NCBI GenBank assembly: GCA_041641305.1
Contig: JBEPYN010000001.1
Coordinates: forward strand, 288,001-352,000
DNA: 64,000 nucleotides
Reading direction: 5' to 3'
From: Nitrososphaerota archaeon
Lineage (GTDB): Archaea; Thermoproteota; Nitrososphaeria_A; Caldarchaeales; Caldarchaeaceae
The position numbers and the translations under genes are program-made. Below are positions 8,756 through 18,535 of this stretch, in pieces (the stretch's first letter is position 1; the number at the start of each line of letters is the position of its first letter). A model generated the notes under the pieces. That model saw only the letters and a program-made list of their open reading frames with translations. It did no database searches and was not told the DNA's origin.

Positions 8756-9603
8756 CGCTGCCGCTCAATCGGGAAACGGACGAGGTTCCCCCACTCAGTC
8801 CAGCTGCCGTCGTAAACTCTTACCCTCGGGTATCCGAGGAGATGCTTGAGGACAAACCATGTGACGCTGGCTCGTTCACCGATGCGGCAGTATGTCACCA
8901 CGTCCTTTTCAGGAGTCACACCTTTCGACGCGTAGAGCTGCTTAAGCTCCTCGGCCGACTTGAATGTTCCGTCTTCTCTGATAGCTTGTCCCCATGGAAT
9001 GTTTATGGCGCCCGGTATGTGGCCTCCTCGTTGTGCATGCTCGTTGGGGTACTCTGGTGGGGCTGTTATCTCGCCTGTGAACTCGGCTGGTGAACGGACG
9101 TCGACAAGAACGAGGTCGGCTTTCCCAACTTTTTCTCTGAGAAGCTCGTCGAAGAAGACGCGGTTTTCATATTTGACCTTCTCCACTTTATAGACCGCTG
9201 GCTTAGGTGTTGGAACCTCCTTAGTCAATTCCCCGCCCGTGTCTATCCATTTTTTTCTCCCGCCGTTTAGTATCTGAACTTTCTTGTGACCATATATTTC
9301 GAAGACCCAGAAGGCGAATGTTGCGAACCAGTTGTTGTAGTCGCCGTAGAGGATGACGTGTGTGTCGTTTGAGACGCCGAGTCTGCTCAACAGTTTCTCA
9401 AACTCCTCCGGACCTATGATGTCCCTCTGATCGGGCTTGTTCATGTCCTTTCTCCAGTCTATCAACAGCGCGCCTGGGATGTGACCCTGCTCGTAGGCCA
9501 GCTTCGGGTCATAGTCCACCTCTATCACTGTTATGCCTGGTTTTCCGAGATTTGCTTTCAGCCACTCAACCTCTACCAAAACCGATGGGTTTGCGTATGT
9601 CAT
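8752..9603 (-). CDS. Tandem-domain rhodanese (thiosulfate sulfurtransferase, CysA/SseA family)
   Basis: GHIPGA twice, active-site YCRIGER, YDGSWTEWG; start MTYANP. Confidence 0.95.
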   Translation of the reverse strand: MTYANPSVLVEVEWLKANLGKPGITVIEVDYDPKLAYEQGHIPGALLIDWRKDMNKPDQRDIIGPEEFEKLLSRLGVSNDTHVILYGDYNNWFATFAFWVFEIYGHKKVQILNGGRKKWIDTGGELTKEVPTPKPAVYKVEKVKYENRVFFDELLREKVGKADLVLVDVRSPAEFTGEITAPPEYPNEHAQRGGHIPGAINIPWGQAIREDGTFKSAEELKQLYASKGVTPEKDVVTYCRIGERASVTWFVLKHLLGYPRVRVYDGSWTEWGNLVRFPIERQR

Positions 9604-9627
9604 GTGGTTTATATGCATGATGCAAGA

Positions 9628-9655
9628 TTTATAGGTTATTATTCTACAATAATAA
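9628..9655 (-). promoter_or_regulatory. TATA box (TATAAA) plus adjacent 8-4-8 inverted repeat upstream of the rhodanese
   Basis: tttata at 9628-9633, about 25-30 nt upstream of the ATG; TTATTATT-ctac-AATAATAA at 9636-9655. Confidence 0.55.
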
Positions 9656-9665
9656 TTGGGAAATA

Positions 9666-11363
9666 TCACCCGTACCTGAACTTAACCCCGTGCCCATGCC
9701 ACTCATGGCCAAACCTCACGACCTCAGACGGCCCTATGACCCCGCATGTTCCACACGCCACGCACGCCACATGGTCAAACTTCAACAACCCATTCCTGAT
9801 GTCGTTCCAGGTCATTTCAAGGGCCTTTTTCTCGGCCTCGTTTATGTTTAGTCCCTGTTTCATTAGGTTCTCAAGGTTTAGACGATAAAGGTCTCTGAAG
9901 CTGGAGAACACCCCTTTCTCGGTTACGAGGGTGTAGCAGCTCACCGGACAGAGCGGTATCCATGCCTTGTATGGGTCGCGGGATGCAGCATCCTCATCTA
10001 CCGCTATGTGACTCCTGACCTTATCCTCGTGATACTCGAGTTTACCAATATATTGCTGAATTTTCTGAACCATGTCCCGCTGCACATCCCTCATGTTGAT
10101 GACGCGGCCCACCGAAGATTTCCCGAAACCCAAACTGAACCCGATAGATGGGAGAACAGAATAGGCGAAACGACCCTCTGTTAGCCTACTGTTTGACCGC
10201 GATTTCTCCACTCTCCTGTATAACGGCTCTAGGAGAATGCGGTAAACAGAGAGGGAGGCGTCGCTGAAGTCGTTTCGTTTCTTGGCTTCGATGAAGGTTT
10301 TAGCGGCAGCTATTCCCGAGGCTACGGCTGGTCTCATCCCGTCGATCAAGGCACCCATTTTGTAGAAGACGCCGAGGGAGTCTCCGGCCATCAGGAAACC
10401 CGGTGCATAGGGTTTCTGCGGCAGGATTTTGTAGCCACGCGGTATGTTGTGGGCCGAGTACTCGACGAGGGTTGCACCCTCGAGCAAGGGGCCGAGAAAC
10501 GGATGCTCCTCCATCTCCTCTAAGAGGTCGAGCGGCTTACCAACTTCCGTGAAGTCTTTCGTGAACTTTTCTATGCCCGATGAGAGGTCTATGACTATGC
10601 CGACCGATACGGTGTCACGGTTTGGGTACACGAACCCGCCTCCCACAACGCCGTGCATAAAAGGCCCGATAAGGTAAACAGATTTGTAGCCATCTCCCGT
10701 GGAGAAAAATTCCTCTATCCGTTCTGGGTTGACTTTGAAGATGTGCTTAACGCCGTGGTAGACCTGGTCTGGTGTGAGCTTGGACCTTATGCCAGCCTTT
10801 TCGGGAAGTAGGCTGGTGACCCCTCCGCAGTCTATAACCAAGTCCGCGTAAACCTCTTCGTCAACAGTCTTCACACCCACAACTCTCCCATCTCTCCAAA
10901 CAAGCTCTTCAACAGTTTTACGGCTGGTAAGCATAGCTCCCTCCTCGGTCGCGACACCGGCAAGCCAACGGTCAAACCGAGCCCTCAAAACAGAATAATC
11001 ATGTCCGGTGGAGGCGTCGAGCATGGTGAAACCCAGCTTGGTAAAGAGAGATGATTTGTCGAGCTTGATGTATCGGTAACTCGCCTCACCGTCTTGCTTA
11101 CGCGGCGAGCTCAACATGTACAACTCATGGCCAACGATTTTCCGCTCTAATGGTGCGTGTTCCTCAAACTCCGGCACCAAGTCAACTAGCCCGAGCCCGT
11201 TCTCAAATGCTCCGAATAATACGCCGCCGGAAACATTTCTCTGCCCCGGGAGCTGCGCCTTCTCCAACACGAGAACATCAAAACCTTCCCGGGCGAGTTT
11301 AATCGCCGCCGCACTTCCCGCGGGCCCCGCCCCAACAACAACGACGTCAAACTTTTCAACCAT
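9666..11363 (-). CDS. fixC: FixC (ETF:quinone oxidoreductase-like flavoprotein) fused to FixX-like ferredoxin
   Basis: VVGAGPAG Rossmann motif, NVSGG, RARFDRWL, EYSAH; C-terminal CPVSCY and CVACGTC...GVKFRYG. Confidence 0.85.
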   Translation of the reverse strand: MVEKFDVVVVGAGPAGSAAAIKLAREGFDVLVLEKAQLPGQRNVSGGVLFGAFENGLGLVDLVPEFEEHAPLERKIVGHELYMLSSPRKQDGEASYRYIKLDKSSLFTKLGFTMLDASTGHDYSVLRARFDRWLAGVATEEGAMLTSRKTVEELVWRDGRVVGVKTVDEEVYADLVIDCGGVTSLLPEKAGIRSKLTPDQVYHGVKHIFKVNPERIEEFFSTGDGYKSVYLIGPFMHGVVGGGFVYPNRDTVSVGIVIDLSSGIEKFTKDFTEVGKPLDLLEEMEEHPFLGPLLEGATLVEYSAHNIPRGYKILPQKPYAPGFLMAGDSLGVFYKMGALIDGMRPAVASGIAAAKTFIEAKKRNDFSDASLSVYRILLEPLYRRVEKSRSNSRLTEGRFAYSVLPSIGFSLGFGKSSVGRVINMRDVQRDMVQKIQQYIGKLEYHEDKVRSHIAVDEDAASRDPYKAWIPLCPVSCYTLVTEKGVFSSFRDLYRLNLENLMKQGLNINEAEKKALEMTWNDIRNGLLKFDHVACVACGTCGVIGPSEVVRFGHEWHGHGVKFRYG

Positions 11364-12450
11364 TGTATCCGCCCTCTATCAACTCGATTAAACGCGGCAC
11401 GATTTGGTAAAGGTCTCCCTTGACACCGTAGTGCGCGATCTCGAATATGGGGGCTTTGGGGTCGGTGTTTACGGCGACTATTTTCTTGGATTTTATCATG
11501 CCGACCCTATGCTGCACCGAGCCGCTTATCCCGAGAGCAACGTAGACGTCAGGCGATACTGTTTTACCCGTCTGCCCCACTTGTCTCTCAGATGTTATCA
11601 ATCCCTCCAGCTCCTTCAGTTCAGCGTGTATCAACGCACGGGTCGCGCCCAGCTCGGCTTTGACGCCGAGGCGTGTTTTGATGACTTCCACAAGTTTCTT
11701 GGCCAGTTCATAGCCCTCCCTCGGGTTGCGTGGGTTGCCCTTGCCGTCCTTGAGAATGCCCAAACCTATGCTAACAACTACCTTGGCCTCCTCGAGCTCG
11801 ACAGGGCTCTTCGGCACCTCCCTTTCCTCCAAAACCTGAACAAGAAAATCGTCGGGGTTCGGCTCGGGCCTCAGCCTAACCTTTTCACCGGCCCTGCTCC
11901 TGTCCTCGGGAAGGGGGTCGAAGTTCCCGGGCCTAATGCTCGCTATCTGAGGCCTGTGACGAGGTGTGTAGATTTTCGCCACACGTGTCGCGAAGTCAGG
12001 CCTTATCTGGGCCAAAACGTTTTTGAAAGTTGTGTTGAGCGGCCCGAAGTAGTAGTCTTCGACGGCGAGGTTGATGTTGTCGGTGGCCAATCCTGTGTTG
12101 AGCCTGTAGGCGACACGTGGAGAAAGGTCTCGCCCAAGCTCGTCTGCGACAAAAAGCAGCGCATAGGGCTTGTATCTCTCCACCATCTCGCAGACTATGC
12201 GAGTATATGGTAGACACTGGTAGCTCCGTAGCCAAGGCTCATCTGCATAGTAGACCACGTCAGCGCCCCTTGCAATTGCTTCGTCCACTGCATTCTCCAC
12301 ATCATATCCTATGATAACGGCTCCAACCCTCTGCTCAATTTTGTCAGCTACTTTCCGAGTCGCGGCGATAATCTCAAGGCTCGGCCTCGTCAGCCTTCCT
12401 TTATCCAAGGCGCAGTAAGCCCACACATCCCTATACTGCTCGAGCGACAA
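11356..12450 (-). CDS. etfA: Electron transfer flavoprotein alpha subunit
   Basis: GRDLSPRVA, RQVGQTGKTVSP, GISGSVQH, AVNTDPKAPIF. Confidence 0.93.
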   Translation of the reverse strand: MSLEQYRDVWAYCALDKGRLTRPSLEIIAATRKVADKIEQRVGAVIIGYDVENAVDEAIARGADVVYYADEPWLRSYQCLPYTRIVCEMVERYKPYALLFVADELGRDLSPRVAYRLNTGLATDNINLAVEDYYFGPLNTTFKNVLAQIRPDFATRVAKIYTPRHRPQIASIRPGNFDPLPEDRSRAGEKVRLRPEPNPDDFLVQVLEEREVPKSPVELEEAKVVVSIGLGILKDGKGNPRNPREGYELAKKLVEVIKTRLGVKAELGATRALIHAELKELEGLITSERQVGQTGKTVSPDVYVALGISGSVQHRVGMIKSKKIVAVNTDPKAPIFEIAHYGVKGDLYQIVPRLIELIEGGYNG

Positions 12451-13663
12451 CCTTCACACCTCCGAAAACCTCCTCAACCAAGTCTTCTAGAGTAAATACG
12501 TCAACAGCTTTTTGCGCCGCCAGTGAGTCGATAAGCTCCTTGGGAAGGTTGTTTACAGGGTCTCCTTTCTTGAATGGCCCATATGTTTTCCCGTTCCATT
12601 CAAGCTTCTCAACATCTTTCTTGAAGACAAGGGTCTCGCCGACAAACTTCTGGGTTGGAGGCTTTCCTATCTCATAGCCTGGGCCAACTATCGTGGGAGA
12701 GCCCATCAGCCCCAGCTTGGTTGGGTCGGCGTTTATGTAATCGGCGTTCCAGACAAGTGGATTCTCAAGCTTATGCGGATAGCTGTGCGCCCGTGCTTTT
12801 TTCTGGCTGGTGGCCGGGGGCGTTCTCGGCTCATAGTGGTGGTCTATCGTAAGAAGACATGGAAGAACCGTCCTCATCTTCTGTATTATGTTTCCGATTT
12901 TCCTCTCAGCAATAACATGGTCAAGCTCCGGCGAAATCTCGAAATCACGTGTGAAGGCTATGCTGGGAATGGTTACGCCGAGCATCTGGCTCAACGCTTC
13001 AGCCGTCTGCGGCCCAACATTTCCCGTCTCGCCGTCGCTGGTCTTCATACCGGTCAAAATAATGAATTTTGACAAACGTTCCCGGTATTTCTCCAACTCC
13101 GCCGACACATCCTCTCTACTTATTTCACCTCTTGCATAACGGGAGAAAACAGAGTCCTTCACAGATGGTAATTTGCTGTAGATGTGGTGTGGGAGAAAGT
13201 TCTGTTCATACAGCTCTTCTGCAAGCTTGAGAGCCTCATCCACCGAGGACTTCTCAACAACATCCTTGAGCCTGTCAACAGCATCGAAATGGTTCTGGAG
13301 ATATCGCTTGATCCCGCAGGCCAATGTGTAGGAAGTGGCCCATGTATCCGCCCCAGCCATGCGTCTGTCACTTAGGATAATTCTTTCATCAAAGCCTTCG
13401 AAAGATATCCTTGGCACATACTTGCTTTCTTCACGTGGCTCGACGAGGTCTGACATTATGGGGACGAGCTTGGGCTCGGGCCCCATCGTCATCGCCACAA
13501 TTTTTCCGCCGACAGTTTTCTTCACATAGTAAGCTGCCTCAACCGCTTTCACATCATGTGGGTTGAGGACTAGCTCCATCTCCTCACGTCGCAGAACACC
13601 CGACACCGTCACAACCTGCGTGGTTTTAGCCGGCACGCCCTTGACGAGACAAATAATCAACAT
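12431..13663 (-). CDS. etfB: Electron transfer flavoprotein beta subunit with large insertions
   Basis: LNPHD..AVE, TMGP, SDRRMAGADTWATSYTL, G.KTSDGETGNVGP, GLMGSPT. Confidence 0.9.
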   Translation of the reverse strand: MLIICLVKGVPAKTTQVVTVSGVLRREEMELVLNPHDVKAVEAAYYVKKTVGGKIVAMTMGPEPKLVPIMSDLVEPREESKYVPRISFEGFDERIILSDRRMAGADTWATSYTLACGIKRYLQNHFDAVDRLKDVVEKSSVDEALKLAEELYEQNFLPHHIYSKLPSVKDSVFSRYARGEISREDVSAELEKYRERLSKFIILTGMKTSDGETGNVGPQTAEALSQMLGVTIPSIAFTRDFEISPELDHVIAERKIGNIIQKMRTVLPCLLTIDHHYEPRTPPATSQKKARAHSYPHKLENPLVWNADYINADPTKLGLMGSPTIVGPGYEIGKPPTQKFVGETLVFKKDVEKLEWNGKTYGPFKKGDPVNNLPKELIDSLAAQKAVDVFTLEDLVEEVFGGVKVVARAV

Positions 13664-13694
13664 GTCAGCCTTCCCCACTATTTTCAGGCGTTTA

Positions 13695-15038
13695 CTATTT
13701 AACTTGTTTTTCTTTCAACACAACTGCAGTGTAGCGGTCGAAGTGGATTTCGGATTCGCCGAACTGATTTCTCTTTATCAGAGGAAAAACCAGAGTTAGC
13801 GACTCTCCCTCGGTTAATTCTCTGACTTTCTCAGACACAGGGCCCCATGCGACTCCGCTGTATATTTTGTTCTGAACCTTGAGCCAGAAACGTATAAGCT
13901 GCCTCACGCCAAAACGTGTCTCAATCATGGAAAGCTGTGTCTTTCTCAGAAGCTCTGCCTGTAGACAGACGTCGACGAGTCTTCCGTCAAATGATTCCAA
14001 CTCGCCCCCAAACAAAGGCAACTCTCCAACCTCAATCGACGCATCTACATCCTCGAACCGCTCCCAGTAGATATGCGGCACGCCGTTTATATCGAGAACG
14101 AAAAAATTTCTGCACAAGATATCTTGAGACGCTGTCTCAAGCTGGGGGGCTCTGTAAAATTTTTTCCCATTCCATACAACTGGGACCTCGTCGAAACATC
14201 GTGCCACAGGTCGGGCCTCTGTTGTCCCTGCTTTTTCAAGAATGCGGTTAACAAGAGAGGCGTCTTCTCCGACATACTCTATACATGTGTCATATAATGT
14301 GAAAAACTCGTTTCCGCGACGCTGCAGGTTGGCGGCGACAAATTTTTTCGCTCGAGAGCCGGCGAAGTATGAGGCGTTCTCTCTATATGCGTGAAGTATG
14401 TAGATGTCCTGTCCATCGGTTACAATCACGTCATTCAAGATGATGCCGTCGCCTGTTTTCCGTGGGCCTGTGTCAAAGACAACAACACCCCAGAAATCAG
14501 AGCTCTCTTCCCCGGAGCCCTCTCCCAACGGCTTAACAAGATTTTCCAGAGGAGGCATATTTGGCGCATCTTTTTTGATAACTGTGTTGGGTGAGAGGCG
14601 GATTGTTATCTTGTTGTTTCTCCGAACCACCGTGCAGCCGTGAGCAGCTAATACATCACCTACACGTATCTCCCGCAGAACATCTGTATCATCTCCCAAA
14701 ACCTCCACAGACGCGGTGCCATCCGAGAGCTTAAGTACTGTGTACGCTCTCCCATCCTGTGATACAGCAGTCCTTTTTCCGACAACTCTGCCAGCGACGT
14801 TGATGTTCTGGAGACCAGGTGTAACATTCTTTAGCTGTAAATATTCTCCGAATTCCTTTCCCGATATAAGCTCCTGAGCGATCCTCATCTCCTCGAGAAT
14901 TATGAGCAGAGCTCCGCGTCTCGTGAGAAAGGGCGAGCTCCGAATCTTCTCCTCAACCAGCCTGTCAAGAGCCGCTTTATCAAGCGACCTGTCCTTCTCC
15001 AAGATTGCTTTCTCTAGGTCTTCTTCGCGCATCCCCAA
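13695..15038 (-). CDS. Multi-OB-fold protein, RPA/single-stranded DNA-binding-like
   Basis: Archaeal RPA-type N-terminal helical domain (LVEEKI...LT..GALL), OB fold INVAGRV...LSDGTASV, C-terminal OB fold ending EIHFDRYT. Confidence 0.65.
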   Translation of the reverse strand: MGMREEDLEKAILEKDRSLDKAALDRLVEEKIRSSPFLTRRGALLIILEEMRIAQELISGKEFGEYLQLKNVTPGLQNINVAGRVVGKRTAVSQDGRAYTVLKLSDGTASVEVLGDDTDVLREIRVGDVLAAHGCTVVRRNNKITIRLSPNTVIKKDAPNMPPLENLVKPLGEGSGEESSDFWGVVVFDTGPRKTGDGIILNDVIVTDGQDIYILHAYRENASYFAGSRAKKFVAANLQRRGNEFFTLYDTCIEYVGEDASLVNRILEKAGTTEARPVARCFDEVPVVWNGKKFYRAPQLETASQDILCRNFFVLDINGVPHIYWERFEDVDASIEVGELPLFGGELESFDGRLVDVCLQAELLRKTQLSMIETRFGVRQLIRFWLKVQNKIYSGVAWGPVSEKVRELTEGESLTLVFPLIKRNQFGESEIHFDRYTAVVLKEKQVK

Positions 15039-15161
15039 AATTGATGTTTACGATTGAATAAAAACCAGCTATGCCGTGTTTTCGGAAAATTTTTAAATAG
15101 CGTATGAAGGTGGATTTTCCGGTGTGCGTGGAGTGACAGGAGGTGGACGTCTTCCAGAGAG

Positions 15162-15977
15162 GTGTTGGCCTTCCAGCTGGGTGCTGCGTTTAAGCCCAGC
15201 CTATTAGGCGACAACAAGCTCGATACAGCCATATTTTATGCGAAGGTATTGGCTCGCCTTGGCTACAGGTATCTCGTACTTGACTCGGAGAGAGCCGTTG
15301 ATGACTTGTCTTTGAGAGATTTCGAGGAGCTTGTCTCGGTCTGTAAATTGCTGGGCTTCCCTGAACCTGTTATCACTATTCCTGTTAGACGTGGTGATTG
15401 CTGGGAAAGGCTCGGTGCTGTGGTTGATGTTGTGAGCAGGGACGGGTTTGGCGGTGTCTGCCTTGTCGCGGGAAACTCGGCTTATCTTACTCGGGAGGAG
15501 GCTTCGCAGAAGCCCGGCAAATTGTTGCTCGAAGCCGCCGAAGTTTTTCGTAGGAAATGCCGGTTTAACCTTTTGATGGTTGGCACCGAACGTGTCGAGA
15601 AAACGGCTGCCAAAATAGCGGCAAACCATCGCGCTATACCAGTCATGCTAATGACACCCAACATCGTTGAGGAGACTAGACTTTATTCACATAATGGTTT
15701 ACGGAGAGCTGTTTATGTCCCTTACTATTTTGGGGAGGAGCTTCCGAGAGATGTGGCGGAAAAGGTTCATGCCTATGTTTCGCGACGCGTCGGAGACAAA
15801 AACGTAGATGAAACTTGGCGGCAATTTGTCTACACTGGCCCCCTCAACGAATTCACACAGCTTCTACGTGATTTGTCGGCAAACAACATCGACGTCTTCA
15901 TAGGCTATCCGCTGGATAAACGCGTCAAACAGCTGACAGCCCTTTCTAAGGCCGTGACAGGCTTATCAACGGCTTAG
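15162..15977 (+). CDS. Hypothetical protein, probable TIM-barrel oxidoreductase-like
   Basis: Alternating beta/alpha pattern; fills the gap between RPA and gcvT; GAGGTG SD-like sequence at the start. Confidence 0.55.
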   Translation: MLAFQLGAAFKPSLLGDNKLDTAIFYAKVLARLGYRYLVLDSERAVDDLSLRDFEELVSVCKLLGFPEPVITIPVRRGDCWERLGAVVDVVSRDGFGGVCLVAGNSAYLTREEASQKPGKLLLEAAEVFRRKCRFNLLMVGTERVEKTAAKIAANHRAIPVMLMTPNIVEETRLYSHNGLRRAVYVPYYFGEELPRDVAEKVHAYVSRRVGDKNVDETWRQFVYTGPLNEFTQLLRDLSANNIDVFIGYPLDKRVKQLTALSKAVTGLSTA

Positions 15978-17028
15978 TCCTAACAACCGCTTTCCTGCGA
16001 CGGCCTCTGACATCGACAAAGACCTCGGCACCGTCAACGTGAATTGACGGCGGAAGATATGCTAGGGCTATTCCTTTGTTAATCGTCGGCGAGAGGCAAC
16101 CGCTTGTCACCTTTCCTGCCTCAACATCACCAACATAAACTTTGTATCCGGGCCGCGGCACACCCGGCTCCACCATCTCAACCAACATGAGTCGTTTGAC
16201 CGGGCCATTAGCCTGTTTTTTCTCCAGCGATTCTTTACCTATGAAAAACCGTTTATCCATTTTGACAGCCCAGAAGAGACCCGCCTCGATAGGGTCATTC
16301 TTCTCGTCAAAATCCTGTCCATATAGCGGGAAGCCGGCCTCTATTCGGCAGACGTCGCGGCAGGCCAGCCCACATGGCTTGACACCCTGATCGGTGAAAA
16401 ATTTCCAGACTTTCTCATAGAGTTCCTGTATCCCGCATAAAACCATCAACTCGTACCCGTCGCCACCGGTGTAGCCGCTTCGCGTAACCAATAGTCTGCA
16501 ATCGCCCATGTTTCTGAACCCGCCCTCAAACCATTTAAAACCAGAAACATCCCCAACCAAATTTGAAACATATGCTGAGGACTTCGGGCCCTGCACCGCG
16601 AAGAAGGCGCTGCTCTCCGTGATGTCTTCAACTAACACCTCGCCCTCTATGTTATGCTCCAACCACTCCAGGACACGATTTCTCGTCAAGGCGTTTGAGA
16701 CCATGAGATAACTGTTGTCCGCGACTTTGTAGACCGTGACATCGTCTATGATGCCTCCATCCATGTTAAGAATCAATCCATACTTCATCCGGCCTGGCTT
16801 CAGCCTCTCAACATCTATTGTCAGGATTTTTTGGAGAAGCTGAGTCGCGTCTGGGCCGGATATCTTTGTCCGGGTCATGTGGCTAATGTCGAAAATGCCA
16901 GCATCCCTTCTCACAGCCTCGTGCTCCTCGCGGAGAGAAGTGAATGTGATTATTGTCCGCCAGCCAGCGAACTCGCCCAGCTCCTTCGCATTCTTCTCAT
17001 GAAGATGAAGCAGAGGTATTTTGTTCAT
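15946..17028 (-). CDS. gcvT: Glycine cleavage system T protein (aminomethyltransferase)
   Basis: EHEAVR..AGIFDISHM, GGIIDD, AVQGP, TRSGYTGGDGYE, RIEAGFPLYG. Confidence 0.95.
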   Translation of the reverse strand: MNKIPLLHLHEKNAKELGEFAGWRTIITFTSLREEHEAVRRDAGIFDISHMTRTKISGPDATQLLQKILTIDVERLKPGRMKYGLILNMDGGIIDDVTVYKVADNSYLMVSNALTRNRVLEWLEHNIEGEVLVEDITESSAFFAVQGPKSSAYVSNLVGDVSGFKWFEGGFRNMGDCRLLVTRSGYTGGDGYELMVLCGIQELYEKVWKFFTDQGVKPCGLACRDVCRIEAGFPLYGQDFDEKNDPIEAGLFWAVKMDKRFFIGKESLEKKQANGPVKRLMLVEMVEPGVPRPGYKVYVGDVEAGKVTSGCLSPTINKGIALAYLPPSIHVDGAEVFVDVRGRRRKAVVRTKPLISLSRP

Positions 17029-18535
17029 TCTGTCTCCTCCGCAACATGCGCATACTGAGGGTTAAATGCATTGGGTGGGAGGCTTTGGCCTCGTTTATTC
17101 TCCCAACGGCTGTGTTGTGTGGAGCCGATTTAACCAGCTGAGGCGAGTCATAGCATTCCTGAATCACTTTGGATAGGGCTTCGTAGAAGTTGTCGAGCGT
17201 TTCCTTGCTCTCTGTCTCTGTCGGCTCTATCATGAAAGCCTCCTCAATAATCAGCGGAAAATATATCGTCGGCGCATGGACGCCATAGTCGAGGAGGCGC
17301 TTCGCGACCTCAAGCGCTCCGAGTCCAGTCTCTTTTCTGAGCTTGGCGAGGCTGACGACGAACTCGTGTTTTCTTGGACGTGTCGGGTCGTAGGGGAGTG
17401 TGACGCCTCGCAGCCTCCTCACCTTGCTTAGCAGATAGTTTGAAGACGAGACCGCGTAGAGTGCGGATCGTCTCAGACCTTCACCGCCAAGCGCAAGGAT
17501 GTAAGCATATGCTCGTAGAAGAACAGCGAAGTTTCCTGTAAAGAGCTTGACTGGGCCTATGCTAGATGGCCCACCATCGTCTAATAAGTATCGTCCGTCG
17601 CCTGTTTTGACCACTCTCGGAGGAGGCAGGTATTTTGCCAGTTTTGCGACGACTCCTACTGGCCCTGCGCCCGGGCCTCCTCCACCATGTGGTGTGGAGA
17701 AGGTTTTGTGAAGATTGAGGTGAACGATGTCGAAGCCCATGTCACCCGGCCTCGCGACACCGACTATTGCGTTGAGGTTTGCGCCGTCGTAGTATAGCAG
17801 GGAATCGTTTTGATGCATGATTCGGACGATTTCTTCGATGCCTTTCTCGAACAATCCGATTGTGTTGGGGTTTGTCAGCATTATGCCGGCGACGTCTCCG
17901 TCAACCATTTTCTCGAGCATCTCGAGGTCGACGCATCCGTCTTCACGTGTTCTCACCACCTTGACGTCGAAGCCCGCCATGGCGGCGCTTGCAGGGTTTG
18001 TCCCGTGGGCTGAGTCTGGGACGATGATTTTCGGCCTCGGCTTCCCTTCTTTCTCGCTGTGGTAGGCTCTGATGATGAGGCATCCAACCAGTTCTCCATG
18101 CGCACCGGCCGCGGGAACCATCGAGAAAGCATCCATGCCCGTCAACTCCTTCAGCGCCTGCTCGAGGTTGTATAGAATCTCGAGACATCCCTGTACGGTT
18201 TCCACTGGCTGGAGTGGATGAATGTCGGCGACTTGGTCGGCGATTTGGTTGTTTACTACGGGGTTGTATTTCATGGTGCAGCTGCCGAGTGGGTAGAAGC
18301 CTGTGGAGATACTGTAGTTCATTTGGCTTAGGCGTGTGAAGTGTCTCACAACAGTCAGTTCTGAGAGCTCTGGCAGGGTGAGGCTATCTCTGAGGAGTTT
18401 TCCCGGAATTTTGCTGAGGCTTCTTTCTCCCGCCTCCCTAATCTCTCGAGGATTTGATGGAACCTTGAAACCTATGACACCGGGACGTGACAACTCGTAG
18501 ACAAGTTTCTCATCCCAGTAAGCCTGACGGAACAT
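16997..18535 (-). CDS. gcvPB: Glycine dehydrogenase subunit 2 (P protein beta)
   Basis: YPLGSCTMKYNP, SAHGTNPASA, HLNLHKTFSTPHGGGGPG; start MFRQA. Confidence 0.96.
   Translation of the reverse strand: MFRQAYWDEKLVYELSRPGVIGFKVPSNPREIREAGERSLSKIPGKLLRDSLTLPELSELTVVRHFTRLSQMNYSISTGFYPLGSCTMKYNPVVNNQIADQVADIHPLQPVETVQGCLEILYNLEQALKELTGMDAFSMVPAAGAHGELVGCLIIRAYHSEKEGKPRPKIIVPDSAHGTNPASAAMAGFDVKVVRTREDGCVDLEMLEKMVDGDVAGIMLTNPNTIGLFEKGIEEIVRIMHQNDSLLYYDGANLNAIVGVARPGDMGFDIVHLNLHKTFSTPHGGGGPGAGPVGVVAKLAKYLPPPRVVKTGDGRYLLDDGGPSSIGPVKLFTGNFAVLLRAYAYILALGGEGLRRSALYAVSSSNYLLSKVRRLRGVTLPYDPTRPRKHEFVVSLAKLRKETGLGALEVAKRLLDYGVHAPTIYFPLIIEEAFMIEPTETESKETLDNFYEALSKVIQECYDSPQLVKSAPHNTAVGRINEAKASHPMHLTLSMRMLRRRQNEQNTSASSS

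Noticed and set aside
11404-12213. 269-aa plus-strand ORF
   Set aside because: Antisense to etfA
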